In this document: one piece after another, positions 18,723 through 27,878 of the stretch | How the letters are laid out: the number at the start of each line of letters is the position of its first letter | Numbering within the stretch: the first letter of the stretch is position 1 | Source: an uncultured Gammaproteobacteria bacterium | GTDB lineage: Bacteria > Patescibacteriota > Patescibacteriia > Magasanikbacterales > GWA2-37-8 | NCBI GenBank assembly: GCA_964596525.1 | Contig: CAZQUL010000001.1 | Span: 76,830-140,829, forward strand | DNA length: 64,000 nucleotides | Direction: 5' to 3' | Made by a program: the position numbers and the translations under genes | The notes under the pieces: generated by a model | What the model was told of the DNA's origin: nothing | Seen by the model: the letters and a program-made list of their open reading frames with translations, nothing else | The model's database searches: none

Positions 18723-19307
18723 ATGGACATGCGAACAGCGGGCGCTCTCATGCTTTTCGGACTCATGGGCTGCGGCGGAGTTGAAGTTTTCTCTCTCACG
18801 GATACTCCGGTCCCTAACCGGATGTTCGTTACTGCCCGGACTTTTGCACCGTACGAGCTCGACTATACCGGCGAAAAACCTTGCCAGGCAGCGGCCGATG
18901 AAGCTAAGCTCGGTGGTCATTGGCAGGCCTGGCTTTCAAGTCACGAAATTTTCCCGATTCACGCCAAGGATACCATTGTCCGCCACGGACCGTGGTACGA
19001 CCTCGCGGGAGCACAGATCTTTTCTTCGCGGGCTGCACTCATAAGCGGACGGCCCGAAACCGGCATTGCGGTAAACGAGAGGGGCGAAAGGCTGCCAGAC
19101 GGGGAACCGATCTGGACCGGTACAAAGAGCGACGGAACCGCCAGCGTCGACCGCTGCTTCTCACAGCTGCCGTACCGAATTTGGTATGCAGATACGGGTG
19201 CCGTACAGGGCCTCGTGGGTGAAACCGGTGCGCTAGATGCGCGCTGGACCGAAGCCTACCCACTCCTGTGCAACCAGCGGGCGCACCTCATCTGCTTCGA
19301 GCGCTAA
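18723..19307 (+). CDS. secreted lipoprotein, unknown function
   Basis: AAGGAGG RBS. Signal peptide with lipobox LMGCGG. Trp-rich mature domain ending CNQRAHLICFER. Confidence 0.65.
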   Translation: MDMRTAGALMLFGLMGCGGVEVFSLTDTPVPNRMFVTARTFAPYELDYTGEKPCQAAADEAKLGGHWQAWLSSHEIFPIHAKDTIVRHGPWYDLAGAQIFSSRAALISGRPETGIAVNERGERLPDGEPIWTGTKSDGTASVDRCFSQLPYRIWYADTGAVQGLVGETGALDARWTEAYPLLCNQRAHLICFER

Positions 19308-19981
19308 ATCAAACCAAGCCAGTCTTGCAAGCGCTCGTCCGTAAGCGATTCGACCACGAGGTCAGCATAGGAAAAGTTTCCTATGCTTTTTTTATACGGC
19401 ACTGCTATGCAGCGCATGCCCGCTGCCTTGGCTGCTCTTACTCCGTTTTCGGAATCTTCAATCACCACGCACTGTGATGGATGCACGTCGATTTTTTGTG
19501 CGGCATAGAGAAAAACCGCTGGATCAGGTTTTCCTTTGTTGCCCACCTCTTCACACGAAGCCAGATAGTCAAAGTGCGGTTGCCACCGTAATCGGTCGAC
19601 AACGGTAGTAACACGCCTCGCGCTCGAACCAGAAGCGATAGCCTGGGAACCGATTTGCTGCCTTGTGGCGCGGATGAGCTCTTCTGCTCCAGCAATGGGT
19701 TGTGCTAAAGCTCGATAGATTTCTTCGGTCATAGACAAAAGCTCGGCACGGAGATCTTCAGGCGTTTCGCTCCACCCAAACGTAACCTTAAAACGCTGCA
19801 TCGTTTCGAGAATACTCCCGCCAGCGACCTGGCGATGCAGCTCGGGAGTGAATTCCATGCCGCGTTTTGCAAAAAAATGTTGATTGACCGGCTGCCAATG
19901 ATCTTCGCTGTCGATGAGTGTCCCGTCGAGATCGTAGATGATGGCTTCGATTTTTAATGTAGGCATAACAGCTATTGACAA
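19304..19981 (-). CDS. HAD-IA hydrolase (beta-phosphoglucomutase-like)
   Basis: IYDLDGTLIDS motif I and conserved C-terminal motifs. Confidence 0.8.
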   Translation of the reverse strand: MSIAVMPTLKIEAIIYDLDGTLIDSEDHWQPVNQHFFAKRGMEFTPELHRQVAGGSILETMQRFKVTFGWSETPEDLRAELLSMTEEIYRALAQPIAGAEELIRATRQQIGSQAIASGSSARRVTTVVDRLRWQPHFDYLASCEEVGNKGKPDPAVFLYAAQKIDVHPSQCVVIEDSENGVRAAKAAGMRCIAVPYKKSIGNFSYADLVVESLTDERLQDWLGLI

Positions 19982-20003
19982 AAAATAATTACTCCGATAT
20001 AAT
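19975..20003 (+). promoter_or_regulatory. consensus sigma70-like promoter TTGACA-N17-TATAAT
   Basis: TTGACAAAAAATAATTACTCCGATATAAT, a perfect match to consensus. Drives the structured RNA or leader to the right. Confidence 0.55.
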
Positions 20004-20009
20004 CTAATG

Positions 20010-20420
20010 TCATCGATAGATACTTGCTTGGCACGCGGTGATTAGCAAGGACCTGTTCGAGGACGTGGCACCGTAAGTAGCTGCCTGAGGTGGGGTTGGA
20101 AAGGATTCGTTGTAAGCTACTTATACAACGAAGTAACGGGCAGTGGGCATGACGCAGAGATGTTTTTTTTGGAGGCTTAGCTTAAGTAAAGCGACTTGAC
20201 GGAGCTCACGGTCAAGGAGATGCGGGTGCAAATCCCGCGGCCCCGACAGTGGCGACAACCAGCCACTTACTACAACATCTCATACGTCACTGGAAAACTG
20301 ACTGAACGGGCACTAGCCGCAGCTTATTCCTTTTTAGGAAAGGCAGCGGCAGCTGAAAATTCACCGTCACACGACGGTTCCCATAACCCCTGGTTCGCCA
20401 GGGGTCGCTTTTTTAAAGAG
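20010..20420 (+). ncRNA. candidate structured RNA or long structured 5' leader (unclassified)
   Basis: About 410 nt between a consensus promoter and a CCCCTGG-TTCG-CCAGGGG-U-run terminator. Contains at least four strong hairpins and a possible closing helix AAAGCGAC/GTCGCTTT. No credible ORF with an RBS. Confidence 0.3.
20393..20420 (+). terminator. intrinsic terminator
   Basis: CCCCTGG-TTCG-CCAGGGG followed by TCGCTTTTTT. Confidence 0.65.
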
Positions 20421-20474
20421 CAGTTGACAGGAAACGCGGAGAGTTCTAGTCTACCCACAAGAAAGGAGTCATTC

Positions 20475-20702
20475 ATGCTTCGCCTCCTCGGTTATATTAT
20501 GGTCCTGTACGCCATTTCGGTCGTGGTGCGGGCCTGCGAGGATGTGGAGAAATGGCTCCGCCCCCCGCCGCCGCACATCATGGTCTGCAACCCGCCTCCG
20601 GCAGATCCGAACATTCGACTGCCGATCCCCGGATTCCCCTCGTTCTACCCGCTTCAAGCCAAGGTTGCGTCCGCGTCTCACGCAATCGGGCAGTGCCCTT
20701 AA
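20475..20702 (+). CDS. small secreted/membrane protein, 75 aa
   Basis: AAAGGAG RBS. Hydrophobic N-terminus MLRLLGYIMVLYAISVVVRA, Pro-rich tail. Lies 55 nt after the terminator. Confidence 0.45.
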   Translation: MLRLLGYIMVLYAISVVVRACEDVEKWLRPPPPHIMVCNPPPADPNIRLPIPGFPSFYPLQAKVASASHAIGQCP

Positions 20703-20777
20703 ACCTCCGCGTCATTATCCGACGCGGTTTTGTTTCTTCAACGCCAATAGAATGCATCCAAACCATGGGTGCATTTT

Positions 20778-22601
20778 TTATTCAACCGTCACGCTCTTGG
20801 CCAGATTGCGCGGCCGGTCGACATCACGCCCCAAGATAACTGCCGTGTGATATGCAAAGAGTTGGCAAACGATATTCGTGACGAGCGGTTCGAGGAGTTC
20901 CATCGTAGGAGGAACGTAGATGATATCATCAGCTAACTGCGCGGCTTCGGTATCACCCTCGGTGGCAATAAGAAGAACTGGTGCTTTGCGTGCACGCACT
21001 TCTTCAATGTTGCTCCGCATTTTTTCGTAGAGTTGATTCTTGGGCATAAGGGCGATGACCGGAAAATCCTTGGAGAGGAGTGCGACGGGGCCGTGCTTCA
21101 TTTCGCCGGCCGCGAATGCTTCGGCGTGGACATACGAAATTTCCTTGAGTTTGAGCGCGCCTTCGAGCGCGATGGGGAATTGGACACCACGACCCAGATA
21201 CAAACAATTTTTGTACACCGAATATTTCTCCGCGAGTACACGGATAGCGTCGTTCTGCGCGAGCACCTGCTTCATTTTTTCTGGCAGCTCAACGAGTGCC
21301 TGAATGAGTCGTTGACCGGTTGCAAGGCTCGTGCGGCGCTGGCGGCCGAACTGGAGGGCGTACAGTAGTAAAATCGTTGCGGTATTGGTGAACGCTTTGG
21401 TAGATGCCACCGCGAGTTCGGGGCCGGCGTGCATGTAGGTACCACCGTCGGTTTCGCGCGCGATGGTGGAACCGACCACGTTGACAATACCGCGCACAAA
21501 CGCACCTTTACGTTTCGCCTCGCGCAATGCTGCGAGCGTATCGGCCGTTTCGCCCGATTGCGAGAGCGCAAAGACGAGGGTGTTCTCGTCGAGGATCGTA
21601 TCACGGTAACGGAACTCGCTCGCGATTTCTACATCTGTTGGAAGGCCGGCAAGACGCTCAAAGGCATATTTACCGATGAGTCCTGCATACGACGACGTGC
21701 CGCAGGCGATGAGCACCACACGGTTCACGCGACGCATTTCTTCAACCGTCATGTTGAGTCCGCCGAGTTTGGCCGCACCGAACTCAGGATCAATGCGACC
21801 GCGAAATGCATCTTGAATAACGGAGGGTTGGTCAAAAATTTCCTTGAGCATGAAGTGGGGAAAACCGTTCTTCTGCGCTACGGCCTCATCCCAATGGATT
21901 TCTTCGGTAGTTTTATCGACAGCCTTGTTGTCGATCGTAAAAATATCCATGCCGCTGCGGTTGATTTCTGCCACCTCACCATCGTCAAGAAAGACAACCT
22001 GTTTGGTGTACGGAAGAAGCGGTGATGTATCTGAAGCGATGAAATATTCACCCTCCCCCACCCCAATTGCGAGCGGACTCCCGAGCCGTGCAGCAACGAA
22101 CGTGCCTGGATGATTCTTGTGCATTACGACGAGCCCGTAGGTGCCGCGCACATGCTTGAGAGCTTCGAGGACTGCTGTGCGCAGATTACCTTTAAAAAAA
22201 TGCCCAATGAGATGCGCCAACACTTCGGTGTCGGTTTCGGATTTAAACTCGTGGTCAGATAAAAATTCGTTTTTAAGCTCGCGATAGTTTTCGATGATGC
22301 CATTATGCACGATGACGATGTTGCCAGAAGCGTCGGTGTGCGGATGCGCGTTCGGTTCTGTTACGCCGCCATGTGTAGCCCAGCGCGTATGCGCAAGACC
22401 AAACGTTCCATCGATTGTTTCCGCGCCCGTTCGTTCGGCCAGATTGTCGATTTTACCCACGGCTTTGATGATCTTGAACGCATCTTTGTCGAAAATCGCC
22501 ACCCCAGCGCTGTCGTAACCGCGATATTCGAGACGACGTAGACCCTTAACGAGAATGGGTAATGCCGGCTTGGCACCTACGTACGCAATAATGCCGCACA
22601 T
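20778..22601 (-). CDS. glmS: glutamine--fructose-6-phosphate aminotransferase
   Basis: MCGIIAY N-terminal nucleophile, two SIS domains. 607 aa. Confidence 0.92.
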   Translation of the reverse strand: MCGIIAYVGAKPALPILVKGLRRLEYRGYDSAGVAIFDKDAFKIIKAVGKIDNLAERTGAETIDGTFGLAHTRWATHGGVTEPNAHPHTDASGNIVIVHNGIIENYRELKNEFLSDHEFKSETDTEVLAHLIGHFFKGNLRTAVLEALKHVRGTYGLVVMHKNHPGTFVAARLGSPLAIGVGEGEYFIASDTSPLLPYTKQVVFLDDGEVAEINRSGMDIFTIDNKAVDKTTEEIHWDEAVAQKNGFPHFMLKEIFDQPSVIQDAFRGRIDPEFGAAKLGGLNMTVEEMRRVNRVVLIACGTSSYAGLIGKYAFERLAGLPTDVEIASEFRYRDTILDENTLVFALSQSGETADTLAALREAKRKGAFVRGIVNVVGSTIARETDGGTYMHAGPELAVASTKAFTNTATILLLYALQFGRQRRTSLATGQRLIQALVELPEKMKQVLAQNDAIRVLAEKYSVYKNCLYLGRGVQFPIALEGALKLKEISYVHAEAFAAGEMKHGPVALLSKDFPVIALMPKNQLYEKMRSNIEEVRARKAPVLLIATEGDTEAAQLADDIIYVPPTMELLEPLVTNIVCQLFAYHTAVILGRDVDRPRNLAKSVTVE

Positions 22602-22650
22602 AGAAAAAAATTAAAAAATAAAATCTCGCAAAAAAGACGATGTAATAGTT

Positions 22651-23418
22651 TTAATTTTGAGCTGCCAACTTCCGCTTTCTCGCTTCCTCCAATTCTTCGG
22701 GCGTGTTCACGCCAAACCATTCCTTAGGATCACCAAGCTTTACCACGTCGTGCGGCAAACCAGAACTGCGCACCAAAGTGAACGCGGTCGGCAATCCGTA
22801 TTCGCCGAGTTTTTCCATCTTCGGCATGGTCGGAAAAATACGCTGATACCATTCGCGATGCAACATAAACGTGCCCGTGCTGATTTCTTTGATGTTTTTC
22901 TGTTCGTCAGTAAGCAGTTCTTTCTCGATGATTTCTATCCGCCCATCTGCATGGCGCACCACGCGGCCAAGTGAACGGGGATCATCAAGTTCTGATGTGA
23001 GGAGTGTCAGATGACGGACAGCTTCAACGTGGTCCGCGATGAATTTTTTGAGCGTTTCAGGCGCATAGAAGGCGCTATCATCGCCGCCCATCACGATGAC
23101 ATGTTCGATGTGTTCTGGCAGTGCTTGCATACCCGTATATGCGGCATGGCCGGTACCGAGCTGTTCGGTTTGGTGCGCGAATGTTACGCGACTCCCGAAA
23201 TAATCCATTACTTTTTCCTTCTGAAAACCTACGACTAGCACAATCCGCTCGGGTGTAAAGCCAATTTTTTCGAGCGTCTCGACGGTGTAATCAACCATTG
23301 GGCGGCCATTCAATTCCATCATTACCTTAGGCCGATCGGTACAACCCAGACGCGTACCTTTTCCGGCCGCAAGAATCACGGCGCCGATATGTTTAGGAAG
23401 TTCAGATAACGATGACAT
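22651..23418 (-). CDS. sugar-1-phosphate nucleotidyltransferase (GlmU N-terminal-like, no acetyltransferase domain)
   Basis: AVILAAGKGTRLG...PKVMMELNGRPMV motif. Confidence 0.7.
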   Translation of the reverse strand: MSSLSELPKHIGAVILAAGKGTRLGCTDRPKVMMELNGRPMVDYTVETLEKIGFTPERIVLVVGFQKEKVMDYFGSRVTFAHQTEQLGTGHAAYTGMQALPEHIEHVIVMGGDDSAFYAPETLKKFIADHVEAVRHLTLLTSELDDPRSLGRVVRHADGRIEIIEKELLTDEQKNIKEISTGTFMLHREWYQRIFPTMPKMEKLGEYGLPTAFTLVRSSGLPHDVVKLGDPKEWFGVNTPEELEEARKRKLAAQN

Positions 23419-23459
23419 ACATTTTCAGTTGATATTAGTGGGTATACTTTTAATGATAA

Positions 23460-24119
23460 TTATCTTCCTGCCTCAATCCACTTTTTGATATCTGCCAAAC
23501 TTTCAAAAACCGGGATTCCGCTTTTTTCGTACTCATCGAGCGCGAATTTGACGGTATTCTTTTTTGAAATCACGGTTACCCCCGGCACCATGCTCTGCAC
23601 CCGCCGATTTTCTTCCAGATTATCGTTCACAAAGAGCGTCGGTTTCGTTCCCTGCACACTAACGCGATCGACGACGGCTTCTTTGCGATCATGCACAATA
23701 ATGATTTGGTCGAATAAAGAAGCGAGTCCGGTAGCTTCGATCTTAGCCATCTGAAATCCGTGATTGCCAGAGCTGAGCAGAAGCATTTTTTCCGTTACGC
23801 AACGCATAGCATCCAAAAAATCGAACGCATCGGCAAATACGAACGCCCGACTGCGCACAACGACAGCGGAAAGTTCAGCAATGGCTTTATCTGGTACATC
23901 GTACCCTTTGGCGCGCAGTTTAGCGATGTGCTTGTCAAACGTATAATCGTAGTATGTCGCACTATGATTCTGATTTTCAGCCACCGCTATCGTCGTCCAA
24001 AAATCTTCGGCCGTAACGCCGTACGGCTGAACCACCGCAAAAAAAGATTTCTTCAACTCCTCAGTACGAAAGAGCGTCTCGTCGAAATCGATAAATGTAT
24101 AAGCGAATTTCTTATTCAT
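23460..24119 (-). CDS. HAD-superfamily hydrolase
   Basis: FIDFDETLF (DxDxT) motif I. Confidence 0.55.
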   Translation of the reverse strand: MNKKFAYTFIDFDETLFRTEELKKSFFAVVQPYGVTAEDFWTTIAVAENQNHSATYYDYTFDKHIAKLRAKGYDVPDKAIAELSAVVVRSRAFVFADAFDFLDAMRCVTEKMLLLSSGNHGFQMAKIEATGLASLFDQIIIVHDRKEAVVDRVSVQGTKPTLFVNDNLEENRRVQSMVPGVTVISKKNTVKFALDEYEKSGIPVFESLADIKKWIEAGR

Positions 24120-24152
24120 AGGGCTGTGCCAGTAGGAACACCTGTGACCAAC

Positions 24153-24890
24153 TTATTTTAAGCGCGCCCAGACTTCCTCAAAAACGGTTTTCTGCAGCTC
24201 GAACACTCCTTCGTTCTCAACCACCACCCCCATCGGCTCACCTTTGGCATCGAGCGAAATGGAGGCAACCTTGCCCGGATAAATGATCGTATAGGACGGC
24301 GTAGCAAGATTGCAGCGGAGTGGCCGACGCTCATCGAGACCGCGGAGTTCTCCACCCGCCCCGAGCGCGATAACCCTAACCGCGATGCCTTTGGCCACGC
24401 GCACGTCGCTGAAGGTTGGAAACTGATCATAGAGGTATTCGCGGATACCGGCGGCGGAATAAATTCGGTACATCAGTTCACCGCGCGCTTCGCAGGCGGC
24501 GAGCACGTCTTCGAGAACCAAATGCAGCTCGTCGCGCTCAAAGTACCGCGCCACGGGCCGTTCCCCGCCTTTGTGGTAGAGAGATTTGAGTTCCGGCAAC
24601 GCAGTTTTAAGCGTCCGTTCGGCTTCGCGCATCTCATTCAAACGATCGTCGAGAACGTCCTGCAGACGCTCCGGATTCTCGGCCACGAAGTACTGCTTAG
24701 TTTCTTTTTCGTAGAATGAAACCAGGCGGCGCTCCTCAAACCATTTAAGCGCATCATAGACCGTGCCGCGGTTAATACCCGAGGTCTCAGCCAACCCGCG
24801 CACCGAGGAAGGCCCGAGACGCAGGAGCGTCACGTACACCTGGGAATATTTGTCAGATATCCCTAACTTTTTAAGTATATCAATGATCAT
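24153..24890 (-). CDS. TrmB-family transcriptional regulator
   Basis: N-terminal wHTH (ILKKLGISDKYSQVYVTLLRLGPSSVRGLAETSGINRGTVYDALKWFEERRLV). Start MIIDIL at 24890. Confidence 0.7.
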   Translation of the reverse strand: MIIDILKKLGISDKYSQVYVTLLRLGPSSVRGLAETSGINRGTVYDALKWFEERRLVSFYEKETKQYFVAENPERLQDVLDDRLNEMREAERTLKTALPELKSLYHKGGERPVARYFERDELHLVLEDVLAACEARGELMYRIYSAAGIREYLYDQFPTFSDVRVAKGIAVRVIALGAGGELRGLDERRPLRCNLATPSYTIIYPGKVASISLDAKGEPMGVVVENEGVFELQKTVFEEVWARLK

Positions 24891-24908
24891 ATTTTGGCTT
24901 ATAACAAA

Positions 24909-24927
24909 AATAGTATAGCATACTATT
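24909..24927. promoter_or_regulatory. perfect palindrome, candidate TrmB operator
   Basis: AATAGTAT-AGC-ATACTATT, 8-bp arms with a 3-nt spacer. Lies in the divergent region between the TrmB gene and the gene at 25033. Confidence 0.45.
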
Positions 24928-25032
24928 CTGTCAATTTTTTTCCTGCAACTGTGGATATCACCCATTACTTATCTTGACATTTTTTTAAAAAATGGCTATG
25001 GATACAGCTGGTTTTACCCATGGAGGCACCGC

Positions 25033-25614
25033 GTGTCCAACGCGTACATTCCGCTCGAACTCATTCCGTTCGTCAACGTTATCGAAGAACAGCTCGCCTG
25101 CATCCTGGGGTTTGAAATCACGAGCCCAACCACTACCGTCATCAACATGCCGCTTCTCAACTTTGCGGCCCACATACATCGTATCAACATCGAAGATGAT
25201 GATGTTGACGATGGAGATGACGAAGACGACTGCGAAGATGAAGATAAGAAGATTTCCGAAGCAGAGTTCATCGAACAGAACCAGCACTGGAAACCCGACC
25301 TACTCCTTCTCCACCGCGGTCTCCACTACGGCACCGACACCTTCACCGCCGAAGAACTTGCACGGTTCAAACCGCTCAAGGAAAAAGCGCTCGGGGACTT
25401 CAGAAAATTCATAGAAGAAGGCAGCCAACCGCTTTCACCCGAGCACCAGGCCGCCATCGAAGCTGAAATCACCGAGATTTTCAGCGCCGATGACTTTGAG
25501 CTCACCCAAGATCATTTCGAAGCGCTCAGCGCACTCTTTGGCATGACGGTCACCGGCGAAACGTACCTCTATACCATCGCCCGCTTTCTCCAGCAGCGCA
25601 AGCTCGCCAACTAA
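25033..25614 (+). CDS. acidic hypothetical protein (paralog A; YGTDTFTAEE motif)
   Basis: GGAGG RBS then GTG start. Asp/Glu-rich stretch. Paralogous to the next gene. Confidence 0.55.
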   Translation: MSNAYIPLELIPFVNVIEEQLACILGFEITSPTTTVINMPLLNFAAHIHRINIEDDDVDDGDDEDDCEDEDKKISEAEFIEQNQHWKPDLLLLHRGLHYGTDTFTAEELARFKPLKEKALGDFRKFIEEGSQPLSPEHQAAIEAEITEIFSADDFELTQDHFEALSALFGMTVTGETYLYTIARFLQQRKLAN

Positions 25615-25715
25615 GCCGCCCCTTTCCCGGCGGCTTTCTGTTTTAAACTACGCGTATTGACTTTTCAGGTAACTAATGCTAGAAAAAAGGAAACTTCCGC
25701 CCACAGGAGGCCGTC

Positions 25716-26258
25716 ATGCCCGAACTCACGCACGGAAATTTTGACCCGACTCCCTATCTCCGCCGTATCGAAGAAGCGGTCTCGCGAGCCCTCGGCTCCA
25801 CGCTGCGCTATCGTTCCAACCACGTACCCGAGATGAACTTGAGCATTTTCGCCGGGTACATGCTTGCGGCCAGCATACCGCCGATCGAGCTCGAGCCGGA
25901 AGAGGTGTTCATTGCCCGCATGAAAGATCAGCTGACCCCAGAGGAACTCCTCAACAGCCGCGCTCTCGCGTACGGAACGGACACCTTTACCGCGGAGGAG
26001 CGAGAGATTTTCGAGCGCGGTATTGCCAAATACGAGGCAGGTTTCGACGCCGCACGAGAGGAAGAGCTCAGTGCCGACGAAATCGCCGCCGTCAAAGAGA
26101 TGGAAAACGATGATCTCTACGGCACCGGTCATCCGTTCACGCCGCAGGAAGAGCAGGCGGTGAGCGCCGAGCTTGGCTTCCCGGTGTATGGGGCCACGCT
26201 GATTGGGGATATCATTCGCCAGCTCCATGCACGCGAGCATGCCTCCTCGGCGGCATAA
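25716..26258 (+). CDS. acidic hypothetical protein (paralog B; YGTDTFTAEE motif)
   Basis: AGGAGG RBS. Collinear similarity to the gene at 25033 over several blocks. Confidence 0.55.
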   Translation: MPELTHGNFDPTPYLRRIEEAVSRALGSTLRYRSNHVPEMNLSIFAGYMLAASIPPIELEPEEVFIARMKDQLTPEELLNSRALAYGTDTFTAEEREIFERGIAKYEAGFDAAREEELSADEIAAVKEMENDDLYGTGHPFTPQEEQAVSAELGFPVYGATLIGDIIRQLHAREHASSAA

Positions 26259-26508
26259 AACCGCGTAAAAAAGCACAAAATCGCCCGGCATGCGCTATGC
26301 CCGGCGATTTTTAAATACGTATTATACTCACTTGACATTTTACCTAAAATAGGATACAGTTATTCGTTACGTGCTGCACAAGCCGTACCTTTCGCACCTT
26401 TCATGTTCTAGGGGCATTTAGGGCCACAGTCTGGCTCTAAACGCCCCCAGAACACCCAGACACCGGATGGGCTACAACCCGTCCATCACCAGAGAAAGAG
26501 GACGCCAG

Positions 26509-27465
26509 ATGTCGAACAAGACGAACTCCGCCGAGACCAAGACCCCTTCGACCGGCACTTCGGCCATCGCCGCTGCGATCTCACAGCTCCACCCGACGAA
26601 GCGCCCCACCGCCAGGATCGAAGATCCAAACGAGATGCTCCGCCTGGAAGCTCTGCGCGAGGCGAGCCGCGATGATGCGGAGCGAACCGACACCACAGGC
26701 ACGCCCGAGAGCGGACAGACGCTGCGCGACCAGCCGTCGGCCCCGACGCAGTACGTGACCGACGACGAGCACGAGCAGCGCATCGGTGAGTACATCGCGG
26801 CCCACAAAGAGGAGGCGCAGCAGGCTGTGACCAAGCAGAACGAGGCACGCCGGGCCACGATCCGCAAGGCTACCGTGTGGATGGGCATCATCGCCTTCGC
26901 GGCGATCGCCATCTACATGACCCGCTCCTTCCTGCACCTGCAGGAGGAGAACGCCATGCTCCACGCCAAACTCGACGCGGGCACCAAGAAGGAGATCGAG
27001 AACCAGGCCGCGCCGGTCGACATGGGGACCCACCACATCCCGTCGAGCGACGACGATGACTGGGACCAGCGGAAGGCCGCAACCCAGAAGTCGGACACTG
27101 CCTCCGCGGTCACCACTCCGGCGCCGACCAAGCTCCCGACCACCCCGGTCGTGGACAAGGCGGCAGAGGAGAAGGCTGGCGACGATCTTGTCATGGTGGG
27201 TGATGGCACGGGGAAAGACGGGATCAAGTACAAGAAGTACACGATCACGGCCGAGGACATCGAGCTCGGGACGACGCTCCTCGGGATCACCAAGCGGCAC
27301 CGCTTCGGCAAGAGTGAAGGCAAGCGCCTCACCGCGCTGCACAAGCTCAACGACGGCCGTACGGTGACCGCCGCCAACGGCAAGAGCCGCACGATCAGCG
27401 CCGAGGACCCCAAGGGCCTCGATCTGATCCGCGTCGGGGAGACCTGGTTCATCCCGGTCCCCTAG
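26509..27465 (+). CDS. single-pass membrane protein with disordered N-terminus and LysM-like C-terminal domain
   Basis: AAGAGGA RBS. TM helix VWMGIIAFAAIAIYMT. C-terminal YTITAEDIELGTTLLGITKRH...IRVGETWFIPVP resembles LysM. Confidence 0.5.
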   Translation: MSNKTNSAETKTPSTGTSAIAAAISQLHPTKRPTARIEDPNEMLRLEALREASRDDAERTDTTGTPESGQTLRDQPSAPTQYVTDDEHEQRIGEYIAAHKEEAQQAVTKQNEARRATIRKATVWMGIIAFAAIAIYMTRSFLHLQEENAMLHAKLDAGTKKEIENQAAPVDMGTHHIPSSDDDDWDQRKAATQKSDTASAVTTPAPTKLPTTPVVDKAAEEKAGDDLVMVGDGTGKDGIKYKKYTITAEDIELGTTLLGITKRHRFGKSEGKRLTALHKLNDGRTVTAANGKSRTISAEDPKGLDLIRVGETWFIPVP

Positions 27466-27669
27466 GGAAGGCTCGCGACGGCGCGCGAGTAGCCCCACAA
27501 CCCCTGTACCAAGCGCACAGAGTGCGTACGGTACAGGGGTTTTTGATATAGTAAAAAACTTTTTTGATGAATACTTCTTGTAGCATTCCATTATACACTT
27601 GACAGCAGTTAAGAAGATTAGTATTATTACTAGTCGTCGTCATACCCCGCTAGGGGTGAGGAGGAGCAC

Positions 27670-27771
27670 ATGCGCGCAGGACCGATCCGTAATATGGCTT
27701 TCTTCTACGTCTTCTCCAAGCCGATCGCAGCCGCCGTGGCCGCGATCAGCTGGATCATCAGACACACCTAG
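27670..27771 (+). CDS. possible small hydrophobic peptide (33 aa)
   Basis: Strong GAGGAGGA RBS and upstream TTGACA...TATTAT. Peptide MRAGPIRNMAFFYVFSKPIAAAVAAISWIIRHT. Confidence 0.3.
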   Translation: MRAGPIRNMAFFYVFSKPIAAAVAAISWIIRHT

Positions 27772-27878
27772 CCAAGGGAGACCGACACAGGAGGATCCGC
27801 CGAGCGTCTCGACGCTCGGCCCCATCAAAAAAACGACCTTCAGAGAAGATCGCTTTTTTGTTTTTAGACGATTAGTTC

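Noticed and set aside
20087-20420. Possible tmRNA (ssrA), suggested by a 5' GGGGTTGGAAAGGATTCG word resembling the tmRNA GGGG...GGAUUCGAC start.
   Set aside because: No acceptor-stem partner followed by ACCA was found. There is no 7-nt T-loop arm. No reading frame yields a tag peptide ending in a hydrophobic or Ala-rich C-terminus before a stop. The 3' end is a classic intrinsic terminator instead. Retained only as an unclassified structured RNA or leader.
20196-20702. A 168-aa ORF (TTG start) spanning the structured leader and the small gene.
   Set aside because: The upstream 93 codons cross a canonical intrinsic terminator and multiple hairpins and have no RBS. The internal ATG at 20475 has a good RBS. 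Only that 75-aa product is kept.
26581-27591. A 336-aa minus-strand ORF, plus several further overlapping ORFs within 26467-27465.
   Set aside because: These are shadow ORFs antisense to the + strand membrane/LysM-like gene. They lack an RBS and are Arg/Gly-rich. Only the + frame has an RBS and a TM-plus-domain architecture.
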